A stretch of 64,000 nucleotides of DNA from Eledone cirrhosa. Taxonomy: Eukaryota. Positions within the stretch are counted from its first letter, which is position 1. Every line of letters begins with the position of its first letter. This document shows positions 30,630 through 44,874 of this stretch, piece by piece. Location: NCBI GenBank assembly GCA_964016885.1, contig OZ024741.1, forward strand, positions 319,858,001-319,922,000, written 5' to 3'. Under the pieces are notes generated by a model. That model worked only from the letters and a program-made list of their open reading frames with translations, was not told where the DNA came from and ran no database searches. The position numbers and the translations under genes are program-made.

Positions 30630-31065
30630 AGTTGGAGTCGAAGAGCGGCATCACGTCCGAACAAGGACGCAACAGATCTGTGCCGACGACGTTACTGTAA
30701 TAGTGTCGAGCACATTGAAGTGATAAGAACTATTCTAAGGGAGTAGGATGTGATGACGGGAGCAAAAGGTAACAAGAAAAGTTGGTGGATTTGCGGCTCG
30801 GCATCCGAAGAAACATGTCCGTGCCGAGCAACAGCATTATCAGGTGCTGGATGGATGAGCCGTTGGTTCCAGCGAGATCTCAAGGTGGACAAACATTAGG
30901 AGGAAATAGCAAGCAGGGTGGTGACTCTCATTCAACGATGGGCCGAGGGGAAACTGTCTCTGAAAGGTGAGGCACGGGGGATGGATGCATACCTCTCCAC
31001 AGTCATCTACTACTGTTTGACCGCCGTTCCATGCTTCGTTCCACGTCTGACCACATTGGAGCTGT
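30630..31065 (+). mobile_element. Old Tx1-like ORF2 fragment (RT C-terminal part)
   Basis: CADDVTVIVS, followed by degenerate matches to KLSLKG and VIYYCLTAVP. Confidence 0.7.
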
Positions 31066-31099
31066 ATGCTATATATATTTGTAAGTCATGATACTTTGG

Positions 31100-32760
31100 T
31101 TATGTGTTTGCTTTAGCGGTTTTTTAAAATTATTATTCTCAAAGCAGCTATTATTAGAGTGATAGTTTTATTTTCATTACCCACATTCTATTATTTCTAT
31201 CTCCAGATCTTTATATTTGAATAATTTCTCGATTTCCTTGATAAACTATTTTGGTTTCTCGATTTCTCAATTTCCTTCTCGTCTGTTGGGATTGATTACA
31301 CAATTAGTAGGCGTTTCCTTTCTTTCTGATTTTTAATTACAATATCTGGTCGGTTGACATTGGTCTCTCTATCTGTGTGTAATGGCACATTTCAGAGCAT
31401 GGTTGTTTTGTCAGTTTTCGACACATCTTCTGGTGTATGTCTGTGTCATCCTTTTTCTGTTGATATTTCGTAGTATTGGCTTAACCTCCAGTGTATGTAA
31501 AGTGCAACTCTATCATGTCTGTGAATATATTCTTTTATGTTTAAGTATGTGGAGCCAGAGGCATTGTGGTTAATTATTTCTTCCCCACAACCACATATCC
31601 TGTAATTACTTACTGTGCTCTGATTCAATTTACCGTGCGTAAATGTAGCTTTTATACACCTATCTAAGCAGAATTCCATGCTGATATCACTAAATATTGT
31701 CATAATTACCATATTTCGCACATAATTTCTTAACATTCATGCAGAACAAGTGTGAGATGCTCTTATAAAAAATGTAATCGTAATTTGTTCCATTCAACTC
31801 TTGAGACAAGGAAATGAGAGAAAAACAGAAGAGAAGAGGCTAAAGTGAATCGCCCTAGAATATTCCACGATCTATTTTGATATTTTCTTACACACTCAAT
31901 CCTTTCAAGTGGCTGAGAAACAATTTCGTGTTCTACACTCCCATACTATGTTGCAGAAAGCCTTTTACAAGAGGAGATATTGTATTTATCTAGCGACTTT
32001 GATATCTAGCTATATGGGATGCTGTCAAAATCCTTACGATACTCAATCAATACTGTGCTAAGATTTCGAGCCTTCGGTGAACAATTTTCGAGTATCATAT
32101 GGTTTCTTAATAGACGTATGAGTTCTTTGTACCCTCTCCGCTCAAGAAGAAGGATTCTGTTTTGATTGAGAAAGTATGGGCCTGTAGTTTTTCGTTTTTA
32201 TTTTGTTTTGTTCGAGTTAGGGAGGAAGTATCAAGTCCTTTCGGATTTTCTGATGATATCGGAGAAACATTCCATTACCTGGCGTAGGGATGATAAAAGG
32301 CTATTAAGCCAGAAGTTTGGGATGTTATCCTGGGGACTTCCACTTGTGAACTTTATTTAGGGCTTGAGTTAGATCCCGCATTGTAATATCTTCTTATTCC
32401 TGTTCTTCAAATTCAGTCCTTGTTGTATTCCTTTCTATTGCACCATATGCTTTTCCAAAATGTCTCTACTTCTTTCATACCAAGTGGGTTTTTACATCGG
32501 TCGACTGTTTCCCTAACTCTCTGTAGAATTTCTTAGAATCAGTTTTAAATATCTTATTTTGTCTGTAAAATGTATTTCTCTTGTCATATCTGCATAAGTG
32601 GTGGACCTTTACCTGAAGTATTTGCTTAACCATCTCATTTACTCTCAGTACTTCATTCATGTTTACCAGATTGTACTTTCGTTTCAATATTCTAGCCATT
32701 CACGTTTTTACATTATTTCATTTGGAGAGTTCGTCTAATATCGATAATTCCCCTCGAAAA
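31100..32760 (-). mobile_element. Decayed R4/Dong-like (restriction-like endonuclease) non-LTR fragment
   Basis: RYDKRNTFYRQNKIFKTDSKKFYREL, FSDISMEFCLDRC, and RICGCGEEIINH..YIHRHDRVALYIHW. Confidence 0.65.
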
Positions 32761-32789
32761 TTCACAATTTCCCCTTTGCGCTCTTTCCA

Positions 32790-33400
32790 CAGTTCTGTGA
32801 GTCGCGGCGTAGCGTAGTAACGCTGATGAGAAAAGACGAGAATAAACACAGAGTTTAAGATTTTGGTGAAGGTGTTAGCAACCAGGTTGGCGCTTGTCAA
32901 GTGCCTGGTCAACGTGGCACAGACGTGCGCAATCTCGAGCATGTACATACACGCAACCTCCACCTCCTCTGATACATGAGCGAGTGGGTAGGAAGTAACG
33001 TGGAGTGTTGGGCTGCTGCAGCTGATGATGCGCAAACATGTGCCTTGGCAAGGGTATCTCCAAATATTGCTAAACGGTAAACAGGTGTGGTCACCGTTTG
33101 TGAGACGAGTTTTTCCGCAGCTTGTCTCTTTGATCGAGCTGCAGTCTTGGGTCAAGCGAGACCAACACTGGGCAGCCAGCAGCTGGATTGTTGCCAGGCG
33201 CACACTGCCCTCTACCAGTCGGACAATGCGGTCAGTGGAAATTCCACTCTAGAGTTCTATAGAGGACTAGTGGTTGGTAAGAGCAATAATCTTCTCGGAG
33301 AGACTGTGGGCATCGACGAAATTGAACTGTCCAGTCTGTTCCGGTCAACCTTTGAAACAGGGTCTATAGACAATTTCCAGAAATCCTTGCGTTGTAGTGG
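32790..33400 (+). mobile_element. Old Tx1-like ORF2 fragment with internal deletion
   Basis: KILVKVLATRLALV and AQTCAI jump to MMRKH, WSPFVRRVFPQLVSLIELQSWVK and IDNFQKSL. Confidence 0.8.
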
Positions 33401-33629
33401 TACCGGGTGGGGGTGGGGGGCTGCTGGTTCGAGATAAACTCGAAGTGCTAACGACGGACCTGTCTGAGTCTCGTTCTCTCTGTTATATGTATTGTTACTT
33501 TTTCCTGAATATGTTCTAATAAACAATTTCGTCTAATGAAATACATTAGATATTTCACTAGATCTGTTATATCTTCTGGGTCAGAACAATATTAAACACC
33601 TCTCAATGGCTCGCTTCAGTTCAATAATA

Positions 33630-33692
<63 letters not shown>

Positions 33693-33760
33693 TACTACTA
33701 CTACCCCGACCACCATCACCATCACCCCCAAACACCACCACCACCACCACCACCACCACC

Positions 33761-33820
<60 letters not shown>
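33630..33820 (+). repeat. Compound trinucleotide repeat (CTA)n(CTG)n(CCA)n(CTA)n; a similar (TAG)n(TGG)n tract lies at 30431-30530
   Basis: Read directly from the sequence. Confidence 0.95.
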
Positions 33821-34576
33821 TTCTCAATTTCTATCACATCGGCTTCAACTTAGCTGATCATCGATAAATTTTGCAACAACAATCAACTACTTCCCCACTT
33901 ACACATAATCTGACAATACCTCTCTTGCTGCATATGCTCATGCTAGAAAAACGATTGTTATTATTATTTTCATGATTGATTACTTGATTCAATTGACTAT
34001 TGCCCGTTCCAAATAAATGTCTGTGTGTCTACCGTAATGTTTGAAATTATGCGTGGCCGCTTGATTAAATTATATTAAATCAAATTTAAGATTCGTGAAA
34101 TTTCATGAAATTGTCATACTTTCATAACAAAGAATTATATGAGAGCCAACATGAAAACTGCATTAGGTTGCTTTATCTGCTAGAAATAGCAACCAAAGCT
34201 CTCTCAAATTCCACCCAACCGTCTATACCAAAGGAAGAAATATGCTGGATAAATTAGTCATAGATATTACTACATTTGAAAAAAACAAAAACAAACAAAA
34301 ACAATAAAAATATTCAGCTTGTTTATCACGACTGGAATATCAATAATTATAGGTTTCCTCGATCTATGGAGACATGGGGGTTAAATAATGACAACATCGA
34401 GCAGAACTCTGATCGAAAAACGAACACACGACAACTGTAACCCCCTTCCCAACAACCATTTTATTTAGCATGGACTCCGGATTATACAATAGACTTTGAA
34501 TTGAAAGAAATTAGTCTATTATTTCTAGGAGGTCAAGCAACAGTGCAAGCTCTTATTAAACTTCTTTTTTTTTTTA

Positions 34577-34705
34577 AGGTGGATTGGCAGTATCGGTAGA
34601 GGGTCGGACGCCATGCTTTCCAGCATAGTTACGTCCCTTTACGATCTGAGTTCAAATCCCGCCGAGGTTGACTTTGCCTTTCATCCTTACGTAGAAACAA
34701 TTATT
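34577..34705 (+). mobile_element. Internally deleted SINE copy; other partial copies at ~940-1300, 14933-15085, 27858-27955, 29440-29545 and 59410-59505
   Basis: The head and B-box match 2970-3083 and are joined directly to the GTAGAAACAATTATT tail. Confidence 0.75.
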
Positions 34706-34897
34706 AACGAATGCGCCAATAAATGTCACGCCTAAATTACCCAAGAATGTCATTGCTATTTACACTAATATCGTTATACATAGACTTAATGTGTCACAGT
34801 GAAAGTTTGAGCAGATGAATGGTGTCCTATTATTCTAATTCTACAAAAAGCATGCATTAAATACTCTGGACCAACAACAACAAAAATTAACAAACAA

Positions 34898-35172
34898 AGA
34901 TGGGCATGTGGGTAGAATTTCTCAGGAAAGAATCGCTGGACAGATTTTACGGGCAAAACCAACCGGAAGGAAACCCAGGGGTAGACACCGAGCAAAATGG
35001 TTTGATAACACCCATGGGCTTGGCTTGTCTCGCTTGCGGATCTAGCCGGACCAGTTGAAGACGATTGCGTCTGACAGGACCCGCTGGAAAGAGTGTTTGA
35101 GGACTCTTCCCCCACAAGCCTCCCACAATTAAGTGGACGAAGAAGAAGAAGAAGAAGAAGAAGAAGAAGAAA
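34898..35172 (+). mobile_element. RTE-like LINE 3' end with (GAA)n tail
   Basis: GHVGRISQERIAGQILRAKPTGRKPRGRHRAKWFD..DRTRWK, followed by (GAA)n. Confidence 0.7.
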
Positions 35173-36839
35173 AATGGATAGAAATAATGAAATAATGGTG
35201 GCTCCAATTAAATATCTGAATCAGTGTAATTGCTGAGGTGTTTCAGTTTCCTTTGTCATTGCTCAAAACATTACTTAATCTGCGTTGAGAGGATTTTCAC
35301 AAAGACTCTTATTCATTAGCATCGTCAATTTTTAAAATATTGTTTCACATGAATGTAAGCCCTGTACCTATTAAAAGTTTATTCTGTAAATTGTAAACAT
35401 TTTGGTAAATCGGAATCATAAACAAAAAACTAAAGCCCTCATTCGTAATTGAGCATGACTTGATAATTGTAGCATAATTTCGGTAAGGTGTTTTAAGTGC
35501 TCGTGCAGTGATGAGCATACACAAACAGACCCTTGATTTTCCCATCTTTGATCCAGCGGAATATCTAGAGTGTGACAGCTGAAAAGAGGATTGTTATTTT
35601 TTTATCAACACCAAAAAGATGAAATGCAAAATGAATATAGAACATTAAACTCTGGATCAAATATCCGTTGCCCTAAAAACTCTCTCTGCCAAGTCGGCTG
35701 CCTTAAATCGGAATCATCATTTCTTAGATTTCGAAAAAGAACTGAATATATTTTGTCCATTGATTTTTACCTATATTATAAGTACTGATGAACTATTTTC
35801 TTTGTGCTATTAACATTTGACTTTCTTTAATTTCCTTGTAATAATGTTTCTTCTTTTTCACCTTATTATTTATTTTTCACCCCGTATGCTAACTAATATG
35901 TGTTCACATTCATCCACATCTTCTCATACTTTTGTTATTAGTCTCTTCCGCTTACTTCTTGCTTTCTTCTTTCATTTTCCGCTGCGTTAGACTTCGTCTA
36001 CACTTATGCTTTATATTTTTATATTTCTATACATTACATTTCCATATTTAAAAATGTTCAATCAATATTTTCAAAATAATATTTTATTTTATTTCCTTTA
36101 TATATACACACATATTTTGGTATTTGCTTGAAGTCAAGATTCATGGATGACCAAAATATATTGTAAGCCATGAACTGCACCGTGGTAGTTTCTAATTCTT
36201 TCATTGGTATTCGCTTCCTTTTTCTTCATTATCTTTCTATTCTCTGTTATATACCCTATTATTTCTTTTGCATTGTCTTTTCCTAGATATTCTCTGATAT
36301 GTCTTCTACGTAACATTTCTTTGTGTCTAATTTCGTACATTTCCATAGCAATTATGTCTGCATATTTGTTTTAGAATATTTGGAGTTTTTAATAAATTAC
36401 TTTGCCAAAGATCGATTTTTAAACTTTTGAAATAGTTAAGATTTTAATGTTAAAATATTAGCAGACAAGAACCTCGTTTTAAGCAAACGTTTATACCCTA
36501 CCCTCTATGTGTTGTATACATTTTACTGCACATATTTTATGGTTTGTTATTATTTTATATATCGCTATATTCCATATATTATATAATATTTATACACATT
36601 TTCTATACACACACACACATGAACACACACATACACACATACACACACACTTGCACACGAACATTCATCTACACACACACACACGCACACAAAACACATT
36701 CAGAAATGCACATACAATACACAGGAAGCACAAACGTAGCTATATATAGGTGTATAGTTAAATAGGATTAAATAGAATAGAGTTAGTCGTGTATACATAT
36801 TATCCCCCTCTCTCTCTCTCAGTTATATATATATATATG

Positions 36840-36915
<76 letters not shown>

Positions 36916-37243
36916 TATAAATATATATATATACATATATATATGGAGGAAGTTATAGTTCCCTTGAAGCATTGTGTAATGAGGTATAAACGTTTGTATA
37001 TGTATAATAAAGCCAAAACAATGCAGGTATGGACATAGAATAAAGAATGCAAATGCAAAAGATATTGTTGACAATTAGTCTTTTACCTTAGATTTATTTA
37101 AGTGTCCTTAATTTTCGAGATAATATCTCTTCTTCGGAGGGAAGTAAGGCGGTTAAACCAGTGTTCTAAATAGCTTGCCAAGTCAATTTCTAAATAGCTT
37201 GCCAAGTCAGCTATTTAGAACACTGGTTTAACTGATTTACTTC

Positions 37244-37278
37244 CCTCCGAAGAAGAGATATTATCTCGAAAATTAAGG
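37244..37278 (+). ncRNA. Minimal hammerhead (U4C variant); mirror copy on - at 37106-37140
   Basis: CCT-CCGAAGA-AGAGAT ATT ATCTC-GAAA-AT-TA-AGG, inside a fold-back. Confidence 0.6.
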
Positions 37279-37349
37279 ACACTTAAATAAATCTAAGGTA
37301 AAAGAGTAATTGTTCCCTTTTCTTGTGCGCCCTTTTGTCAAATAAAGAA

Positions 37350-37420
<71 letters not shown>

Positions 37421-37421
<1 letters not shown>

Positions 37422-39776
37422 GGAGCCTTCAGGCTGGTGGCCGCATATGCCCCGTCCGGGACACCGCGGCCAGACTTCTTCAAACGTCTAGAGACTTTTC
37501 TGGGAACGTCCCACTCCCTCTGCTGTTAGTGGGGGTCTGGAATGGAATCATAGATGCACGTTGGGACTATGTAGGAGCATGTCCCGATAGAGGGGGGTAT
37601 AACAGCCTCAAACAGTTAATCGGCCGATTTCAACTGGCCGATAGATATCGACTAGATTTTCTAACCGTGCCACTGTGGACGTGCAACAACCACAGCAGGA
37701 CATCTAGATCGTACCTAGATAGGTTTCTAGTAAGAGTTAGTGATAGGGACATGTTAAGCTGTCCACAAATGTTCATGGTTGCCTATTCAGATCACAAACT
37801 AGTGACCTGCTTAGTCAACCTTGATAGAACCCATAGACAGAGACCCGGCTACTGGAGATGAACTTGTCGTTACTGACATGCAAAGCCTACACTAGACGGA
37901 TTAGCACTTTAGTTAAGCAGCACTTGACGGGGGCCATTGTCAACAACAGATGGTGGTACTCTCTCAAGAGGGCAGTCAGATTAGACTCGATAGGTTTTAC
38001 TAAAGAATTAGTGTTAGATAGAAATAAGACCGAAAAGGAACTGGTAGATAAAGGAGAAGAGGCACTTAGGAGGGGCAACGTAGCCAGCGTGCTAGCGACG
38101 AGAACGGCCTTGGACCAGCTCTTCGACGCAAAGCACGAAGGCTGCGTTATCAGGAGCAAAATACGTGCTCTGGGAAACGAGGGAGCCAAAGTTGTTAGCT
38201 GGGCCCGAGTGACAGAGGCGAAAAGTGGCAACAAGTCCACGATTCGGTCTTTGAAGGACCAAGACGGACGCATAATACGTGAGTTGAAGCAGATGTGCGC
38301 AGCCTTTCAGCGGCACTTTGCTCAACTATTCGTGCAGGGCGGCGGGAGGGGTTATGAATTTCAGTCCATACCTCGACGGCCTGCCGCGACTATCGGAAAG
38401 AGAGGCGAAGTTCTGTGAAAGGCCGATTTCGGCCGCTGAGATAGGGGATGCGCTGAGCCAATGCGGCAAACGTAAATCTCCAGGTCTCGACGGTCTACCC
38501 TACAAATTTTACGTAACAATGCCGGACTTGTTCTCCGGTCTCCTGGAAGCGGTCTACTGCAACTGGCAGCATAACGGGAGAATTCCCAGTTCTGTGACCA
38601 AGGGCGTAGTCACGTTAGTCAGGAAGGACGAGAATAAGGAGGATGACATAGGAAACTTCCGGCCCATAACTCTGCTAAACACAGAGTTACAGATTTTGGC
38701 CAAGGTGTTTGCAAAGAGGCTGGTGCTTGTCGTCGAAAACCTGGTGGGAGAAGCGCAGACATGCGCAATCCCGACCAGGTCGATACACGACAACCTCCAC
38801 CTCATGCGATACATCAAAGAGTGGGTAAGGTTTAAAGCCGGCTTCGGTGGGGCCCTGTCAACTTGGATCAGTCTAAGGCCTTCGATAGAGCTGACCATCG
38901 TTACCTGGATGCGGTGCTCGAGGCGGCAGGATTCGGACCCGTGCTCAGGGGCTGGATTGCTGCAATGCACAGCAGTAACATCTGCTCAAGGGTCATGGTG
39001 AACGGCTATCTCTCGGAGCCGTTCAATATCACGCGATCCATCCGACAGGGATGCCCTCTCTCCTCTCTTCTGTACGTACTGACTCTCGAGTCACTACTGC
39101 GGAAGTTGGAGCTATTGCAGGGCATTCCTTTGGAACCGGGACTGCGAAAAGCGGCGTCGGCCTACGCAGCCGACGTGACAGTAATGGACGCCGCCCGTGT
39201 TACTTATGCTTGGAGGAAACATTTCAAATGCTGTTTACGAAGGATCAATTCCTAAACAAAAAAGACGAACTGGTAACTTCAAACGGAGGGCTGGGGATGC
39301 CGTGGCTGACGATGCGCAAACACGCGCTCAGTCTGCGGCACCTGCACGTATTCCTCACCGGACAACCGGTGTGTGCCCCCTCGTCAGGCGATCCTTCCCA
39401 CTACTCGTCTCGCTGACCGAGCTGCAGCCCTGGGTCAAGCAAAGACCGAGGAAAATGGGCGGCTGGCACATAGAATGTGCTCAGGCGCTCACAGTCCTCT
39501 GGCAAACGGACCCGGCGCTCAGTGGAGACTCCACTTCGTCATTCTATAGAGGGTTGGTCCGCAGCAAATGCGACGACGCGCTCGGAGAAACTCTAGGCAT
39601 AGAGGAGGACGAACTGGCCAGTCTGTGCGGTAGGACCTTCCCCCCAGGACCGATGGACAACTTCCAAAAGTCCCTGGCCTGGCAGTGCTACCGAGGAGCT
39701 CTACCAGTTCGAGACAAGCTCTACAGACACGGGCGCCCGGGCAGCGACCCTTCGAAAAAGATCTGTCCGAGATGCG

Positions 39777-39780
<4 letters not shown>
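37421..39780 (+). pseudogene. Decayed, 5'-truncated copy of the same Tx1 family ORF2
   Basis: Frameshifted ORFs 37323-39784 match the 60795-63983 protein (GAFRLVAAY, SYLDRFLVR, SPGLDGLPY, DQSKAFD, CYRGALPVR). The copy starts right after (TATC)n. Confidence 0.93.
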
Positions 39781-41481
<1,701 letters not shown>

Positions 41482-41494
41482 TATATATATATAT

Positions 41495-43100
41495 ACGATA
41501 AATTAACGGAGCCATAGACTCTCGCCATTCGCCGTAAATAATGTGCTCAAAGGAGAGGAAATCCTGAGCTCTTTAAAATACAATATATTGAAAAGGTAAC
41601 ACACTAGAGAGAGATACAGTGCGCTATCAATAAAACAGGGAAAAACCACCAGTGTATGGAATCTATAACCTATGAAAGGCAGAGTAGACACACGATAATT
41701 AAAAATATAAATTAAAGCGTAAATAAATACCTCTATAACTATATAACACACGTACAAATCCAAAGAGATCTGTTTCGCCAGTAAGTTGTTGACAGAAACG
41801 ATATAACCACGGTTCGTCACCGTGCGTAAGGCTATACATTTCAGACAACACTAAGAGAATGTTAAAGTGACTGTCCAGCTACACGTGGGAGAGAGAAGTC
41901 ACAGCGTGTTTAAGGTCAGTGAACCAGTGGCCTCTGAGGGACGAGCTGCTAGAAAGGGCAGACCAAAACACCCAGAGAAGTGTACTGAACCAAACAGAGA
42001 GAGAGGAAAGACTATAATAAGGAGCAAAATATGATGATAAATTAACGGAACTATAGACGACTCTCGCCATTACCTGTAAATAATGTGCTCAAATGAGAGG
42101 ATATCCTGAGCTCTTTAAAATACAATATGTTGAAAAGGTAACACACTAGAGAGAGATACAGTGCGCTATCAATACAACAGGGAAAAACCACCAGTTTATG
42201 GAATATATAAACTATGAAAGGCAGAGTAGACACACGATAATTAAAAATATAAATTAAAACGTAAATAAATACCTCTATAACTATATAACACACGTACAAT
42301 TCCAAAGAGGTCTAATTCGACAGTAAGTTGTTGACAGAAATGAAATAACCCCGGTTCGTCAGCGTGCGTAAGGCTATACATTTCAGACAACACTAAGAGA
42401 ATGTTAAAGTGACTGTCCAGCTACACATGGGAGAGAGAAGTCATAGCGTGTTTAAGGGCAGTGAACCAGTGACCTCTAGGGGACGAGCTGCTAGAAAGGG
42501 CTTCCCAAAACCACTCAGAGAAGTGTGCTCAACCAAACAGAGAGAGAGAGAGGGAAGACTGTTATAAGGAGCGAAATATTACGATAAATTAACGGAGCCA
42601 TAGACTCTCGCCATTCGCCGTAAATAATGTGCTCAAAGGAGAGGAAATCCTGAGATCTTTAAAATACAATATGTTGAAAAGGTAACACACTAGAGAGAGA
42701 TACAGTGCGCTATCAATAAAACAGGGAAAAACCACCAGTTTATGGAATCTATAACCTATGAAAGGCAGAGTAGACACACGATAATTAAAAATATAAATTA
42801 AAGCCTAAATAAATACCTCTATAACTATATAACACACGTTCAAATCCAAAGTGATCTGTTTCGCCAGTAAGTTGTTGACAGAAATGAAATAACCCCGGTT
42901 CGTCAGCGTGTGTAAGGCTATACATTTCAGACAATACTAAGAGAATATTAAAGTGACTGTCCAGCTACATGTGGGAGTGAGAAGTCACAGCGTGTTTAAG
43001 GGCACTGAACCAGTGACCTCTGAGGGACGAGCTGCTAAAAAGGGCAGCCCAAAACCACTCACAGAAGTGTGCTCAACCAAACAGAGAAGGAGGAAAAACT
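41495..43100 (-). repeat. Three tandem ~543-bp ORF-less units, each with a type I hammerhead (retrozyme-like array) between (TA)n tracts
   Basis: Units start at ~41495, ~42034 and 42581 (GATAAATTAACGGA). Hammerheads lie at 41746-41827, 42288-42369 and 42832-42913. Confidence 0.85.
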
Positions 43101-43111
43101 TATATATACTG

Positions 43112-43194
<83 letters not shown>

Positions 43195-43197
<3 letters not shown>

Positions 43198-43368
43198 AAA
43201 ATATATCGAAAATATGCAACTGGAGTCATTTTAAGAATGCTTAAAAAGACTCCAGTTGCATTTTCGATTTCTTTTTCTTATACTTTCACTCGTGTAGGAT
43301 ATCTCGTTTTTTTTTTCATTTAAAAAAACCTCATATATATATATATATTTTGTTCATTTAAAAATAAC

Positions 43369-43425
<57 letters not shown>

Positions 43426-43510
43426 GTTTTTTTAAATGAAAAATAAACGAGATATCCTACACGAGTGAAAGTATAAGAAAAACAAATCGAAAATGTAACT
43501 GGAGTCTTTT
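43195..43510. repeat. Short fold-back family G in (TA)n; relative at 11545-11640
   Basis: GCAACTGGAGTC/GACTCCAGTTGC arms, with a further inverted copy at 43421-43510. Confidence 0.7.
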
Positions 43511-44874
43511 TATATATATAAATGTGTGCATGTGCAATACATATATACATATACACACACTCACACACATACATATGTATGTATATACATGTCCGTTTAC
43601 GTAAGCTTTTTGTACAGAAACTTCCAAGTTTTTGTAATCTGTTGTGTGATCATAAGTTACCATTTGCTGCGATACTCTTTATAATATATATATATATATA
43701 TATATAGGTGATTCAGTGAATTACTGGTGGTGATACCAGACACACACACACATATATATATATATATGTGAATGTGTGTGTGTATGTGTATGTGTGTGTT
43801 TGTGTGTGTGTATGTGTAGCTATATTCATCCGTACATACATAAAAACATACATACAAATATACCTTTAAGTATGAATGTATATCAATAATAATGAAATTC
43901 AAACAAACAATACACACGGACATATAGAACTGTACACACAACTACACCACACAACAGTACACTTACATATGCATACATATGCATGTGGGTGTATGTATGT
44001 GTGTATATGTGTATGTTGCTGTACGTACGTTTCTATGTTTGTAAATGTCTTTAAACCACATTTTAATGGATGGTGATGTTCTTGTCCAAATTAGTGCTAC
44101 TAATGGGAAACGTAGCGAAAAGATAACAGTGTTTACGATAGCTCAAGTATTACACCAACGTTTCTTAATGGATGCCATCGCTCCAGATTTTGGAACCATT
44201 AAAATATATATTCATTTTTGTCGTGTTCTGTTCTCTACAATATATTGCTTTTGTTGTTTTTATTATTACTATTATTATAACAAAGAAAACCTTATTATTA
44301 TTATCATCGTCATCGTCATCATCATTAGTAATATTTTTTCGTCTATTCCTTGTCACATTAGATGACTGAGACAAACAGACTTATTCACATATGTATACAC
44401 ATATGTATACACACATTAGTATACACACACGTATGACTATTGCAGATAGAAATATTTCAGACTATTGCAGATAGAAATATTCCAGACTATTGCAGATAGA
44501 AACATTTCCAATACCACTACAATAACAACAATAAAGAGCGAACAAAAATGTTCGTACATTTGAACTTCTTAACCAATGCATCAATGTTTTGAGATCTAAT
44601 ACGCCAATCTTTGCCACCTTCGTTTTGAACAAAAGGAGAGATAAAAGCCACGCATGCGTATGAATATTAAACATGAGACATATATGTTATAGTATGTAAA
44701 ATATAACATTTTCGTGCTTTATGTGTTCATTTTCTCTTTTTCCTTTATTTATTTCAACAACCGATAAGCACTCTTTTTCATGTAATATCTTTGAATAAAG
44801 TCTAATAAAATTTCTTTATATTCATTTGAAAGATAAAACGAATCTTTCTTTTTCCTTATGAAAATTGAAATGGA

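Noticed and set aside
33606-33857. Poly-Tyr/Cys/Pro/Leu ORF (and the poly-Ser ORF at 30402)
   Set aside because: These are trinucleotide microsatellite artefacts.
41495-43100. CRISPR array or protein-coding repeat (ORFs 41503-41820, 42051-42305, 42589-42777)
   Set aside because: Whole units repeat with no unique spacers and there are no cas genes. The ORFs differ in length and stops between units and match no recognisable domain.
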